NCBI GenBank assembly: GCA_015680685.1
Contig: MNCI01003410.1
Coordinates: forward strand, 284,508-348,507
DNA length: 64,000 nucleotides
Origin: Gnetum montanum
Lineage: Eukaryota; Plantae; Gnetophyta
Reading direction: 5' to 3'
Shown here: positions 61,570 through 64,000 of the stretch, one piece after another
Numbering within the stretch: position 1 is the stretch's first letter
Layout: every line of letters starts with the position of its first letter
The notes under the pieces: generated by a model
The model's input: only the letters and a program-made list of their open reading frames with translations
Told to the model about the DNA's origin: nothing
Database searches by the model: none
Translations under genes and position numbers: made by a program

Positions 61570-64000
61570 TGATGAGACGCGATATTGCACGCACCACGAT
61601 ATCGCGGCCGTCACGATATTGCGTTGTCCCCTGCGATATTGCATACACGATATCGCAGTCCGCAGCCAAATCTATAAATAAGAGGTGGCACTCCCCTTAT
61701 TTCCCATCCTAGTCTAGAAGTAGCAAAGCTCTGGTAGTTTGATCACTCCAGAGATAGATTAATTTTCCATGTGCCCATAGTAGGAGTCCTAAAGTGAATA
61801 GATCTTTATTCGAGCAACATTGTACCTAAACACAAGTTGTGTACGGCAATAAAGACGAACTTGATTGGATAAACCTTGCAATGCATGGAATAGGATTTTA
61901 TTTAATGTTATTTATTGCTTTCCTAGAATGCGGTACAAGTACGACTTTATTACGAGCATCTAAGGATGTGTACGGTTAGTCAAGGAATCGACTACTCGTC
62001 GCATGCGGTATGAGTACGACTTGATTACGGGCATCTAGTGTGACTACTTGGTAACCCAATGGCGTATTCCAGGATCTACACTTGGTAATCCCAGTGTTAG
62101 TCAAACACCCCGATGTGTACGGTTAGTTAAGGAATCGGCTGCTCATCGCACTTAGGCTAGATAGGTTCTCTCAACCCTTTCCTCCTAGTTAAGTACCTCA
62201 GTACAACCACTTCGAGCACATGCATTATGTGTGGTGATCCCAGTAACGATTAGCGTTTGGTAGCCACAGTTGCATAGTTCAGGGTGTGTACGATAAGTGG
62301 GAACGGATGCTGATGCTAGTTAATTTAGACTTAGTCCTTAGTTAGAGTTAGTTAGCTCTCTCAACCCTTCACCTTGATAGCATAGGAGAAAAATCATAAA
62401 AGACCATAAAAATCATATACCTCGGACTTACTTAACCATACACCGTGACAACAACAAGTAAGTCTAGGAAGACGACGAATGATTAACCCCAAGTGTTCCA
62501 TGGGGCATGTAGGCATTTAGTCTGCGGAGTTCGACCAGTACGCTCATTTCGTATGGTTGAGTGTAGGGGTATCTCGCCACTCATCATTGGCGCCGTTGCT
62601 GGGGACTAAGTGTTTGTGCACCGAATAGAACATAATGGATATCACTCACATCATTGTGAGCCTTAACAAACCTTCGTTTTAATCAAGAAAAAAAAATTTA
62701 TATAACGGTGAAATTAGCATACCGATAAAAATGCCTTCTTCTCATAAGAGCAACTCACCACCTAAGGACCACACANNNNNNNNNNNNNNNNNNNNNNNNN
62801 NNNNNNNNNNNNNNNNNNNNNNNNNNNNNNNNNNNNNNNNNNNNNNNNNNNNNNNNNNNNNNNNNNNNNNNNNNNNNNNNNNNNNNNNNNNNNNNNNNNN
62901 NNNNNNNNNNNNNNNNNNNNNNNNNNNNNNNNNNNNNNNNNNNNNNNNNNNNNNNNNNNNNNNNNNNNNNNNNNNNNNNNNNNNNNNNNNNNNNNNNNNN
63001 NNNNNNNNNNNNNNNNNNNNNNNNNNNNNNNNNNNNNNNNNNNNNNNNNNNNNNNNNNNNNNNNNNNNNNNNNNNNNNNNNNNNNNNNNNNNNNNNNNNN
63101 NNNNNNNNNNNNNNNNNNNNNNNNNNNNNNNNNNNNNNNNNNNNNNNNNNNNNNNNNNNNNNNNNNNNNNNNNNNNNNNNNNNNNNNNNNNNNNNNNNNN
63201 TAAGCAGATCCAAGGCTGGAAGCAAGGTACACATGAACCCTTGGATGCTGCCATGGCCCTCTATTACACATTGTTACATCATTGCCCGGGCCATGGGTAC
63301 GCTCAGCGGGATCAACTTCGCCACATCGTGGATGGGCTGAGGCATGAAACTAGAAGAACCCTTGGAACTTATGCCCAAGGGAGACTCTCACAACTTAGAG
63401 CCCTGAAGTACATAGCTTGTTAGAATAAGTAGCAAAAGAAGAGGGTGAGCTACGCAAAAGGGAAAGTGCGGAAGAGTATAATCGTAATCCCTCCCTTTGA
63501 AAGAAGGGAGTGAAATTTTGTGATGAAGAGGATGAGTCACTAATCGAAGAGTTGGTGAACCGGAAAACCTTGCCGATCCAAAAATTAACAACAGAAATAG
63601 CAGCTAAGGTAGATGACGTATGGAGTTCCTTAGACTCTAAAATTGAAACTTTCTTAAAAATTGTAGAAGAGTCTAAGGTTGAACAAAGTAGTGACAAAGG
63701 TAAGAAAAAGTGGAGAGATTTAGGCCCTGCACATAACAAAGGTAAGGGGAAAATCACTAACTCCGATGTGGTTGTGGACTCTGACACAGACGATGACGGT
63801 GGATGTGAGATCTACCATTATGACCATCCTAAGGATGTTGCCCCATCATCTCACATTTACAGCAGTCTGGGGTGTATGCGCTTAATCCAAGACTCAACCA
63901 ACGGCAAACACCCCGAAGGTTGCCTTATCCATAAGATAACCCGAGGCAGTTCCACCAACCACTAACGTATTATCCAAGTGGAACTCCACCACAACCCATC
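61570..64000 (+). mobile_element. Athila-like element variant A, 5' LTR 61570-62586, PBS 62588-62605, gag from 62731; runs off the right edge
   Basis: TGATGAG...CTCATCA; PBS TGGCGCCGTTGCTGGGGA; gag KQIQGWKQGTHEPLDAAMALYY...QLRHIVDGLR. Confidence 0.88.

Overview
Land-plant nuclear DNA from a draft scaffold, with four N gaps (5654-6364, 21659-22013, 38578-38871, 62776-63200) and five single-N joins. About 70% is LTR-retrotransposon derived. There are two credible host genes. One is an intronless SAUR (30047-30340, +). The other is a five-exon, ~793-aa PCH1-like (phytochrome-B photobody regulator family) gene on the minus strand (40220-56941); its 14-kb last intron holds a ~2.9-kb tandem duplication of the terminal-exon splice acceptor, two copia elements and tRNA-derived SINEs. 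Mobile elements: at least 7 pieces of an Athila-like Ty3/gypsy family (TGATGAG..CTCATCA LTRs, tRNA-Asp PBS, gag plus env-like ORF, no pol seen) that repeatedly nest in one another; a Tat-like element (8722-17415) lacking RT/RH/integrase core; a decayed chromovirus-like element (17739-23755); and a copia with a perfect TSD (44508-49411). Removing the Tat-like and chromovirus-like insertions in silico restores one continuous, decayed reading frame. Other structure: a ~200-bp foldback (26408-26606) and a perfect 12x45-bp minisatellite. Family assignments rest on motif recognition by eye; no database searches were run.
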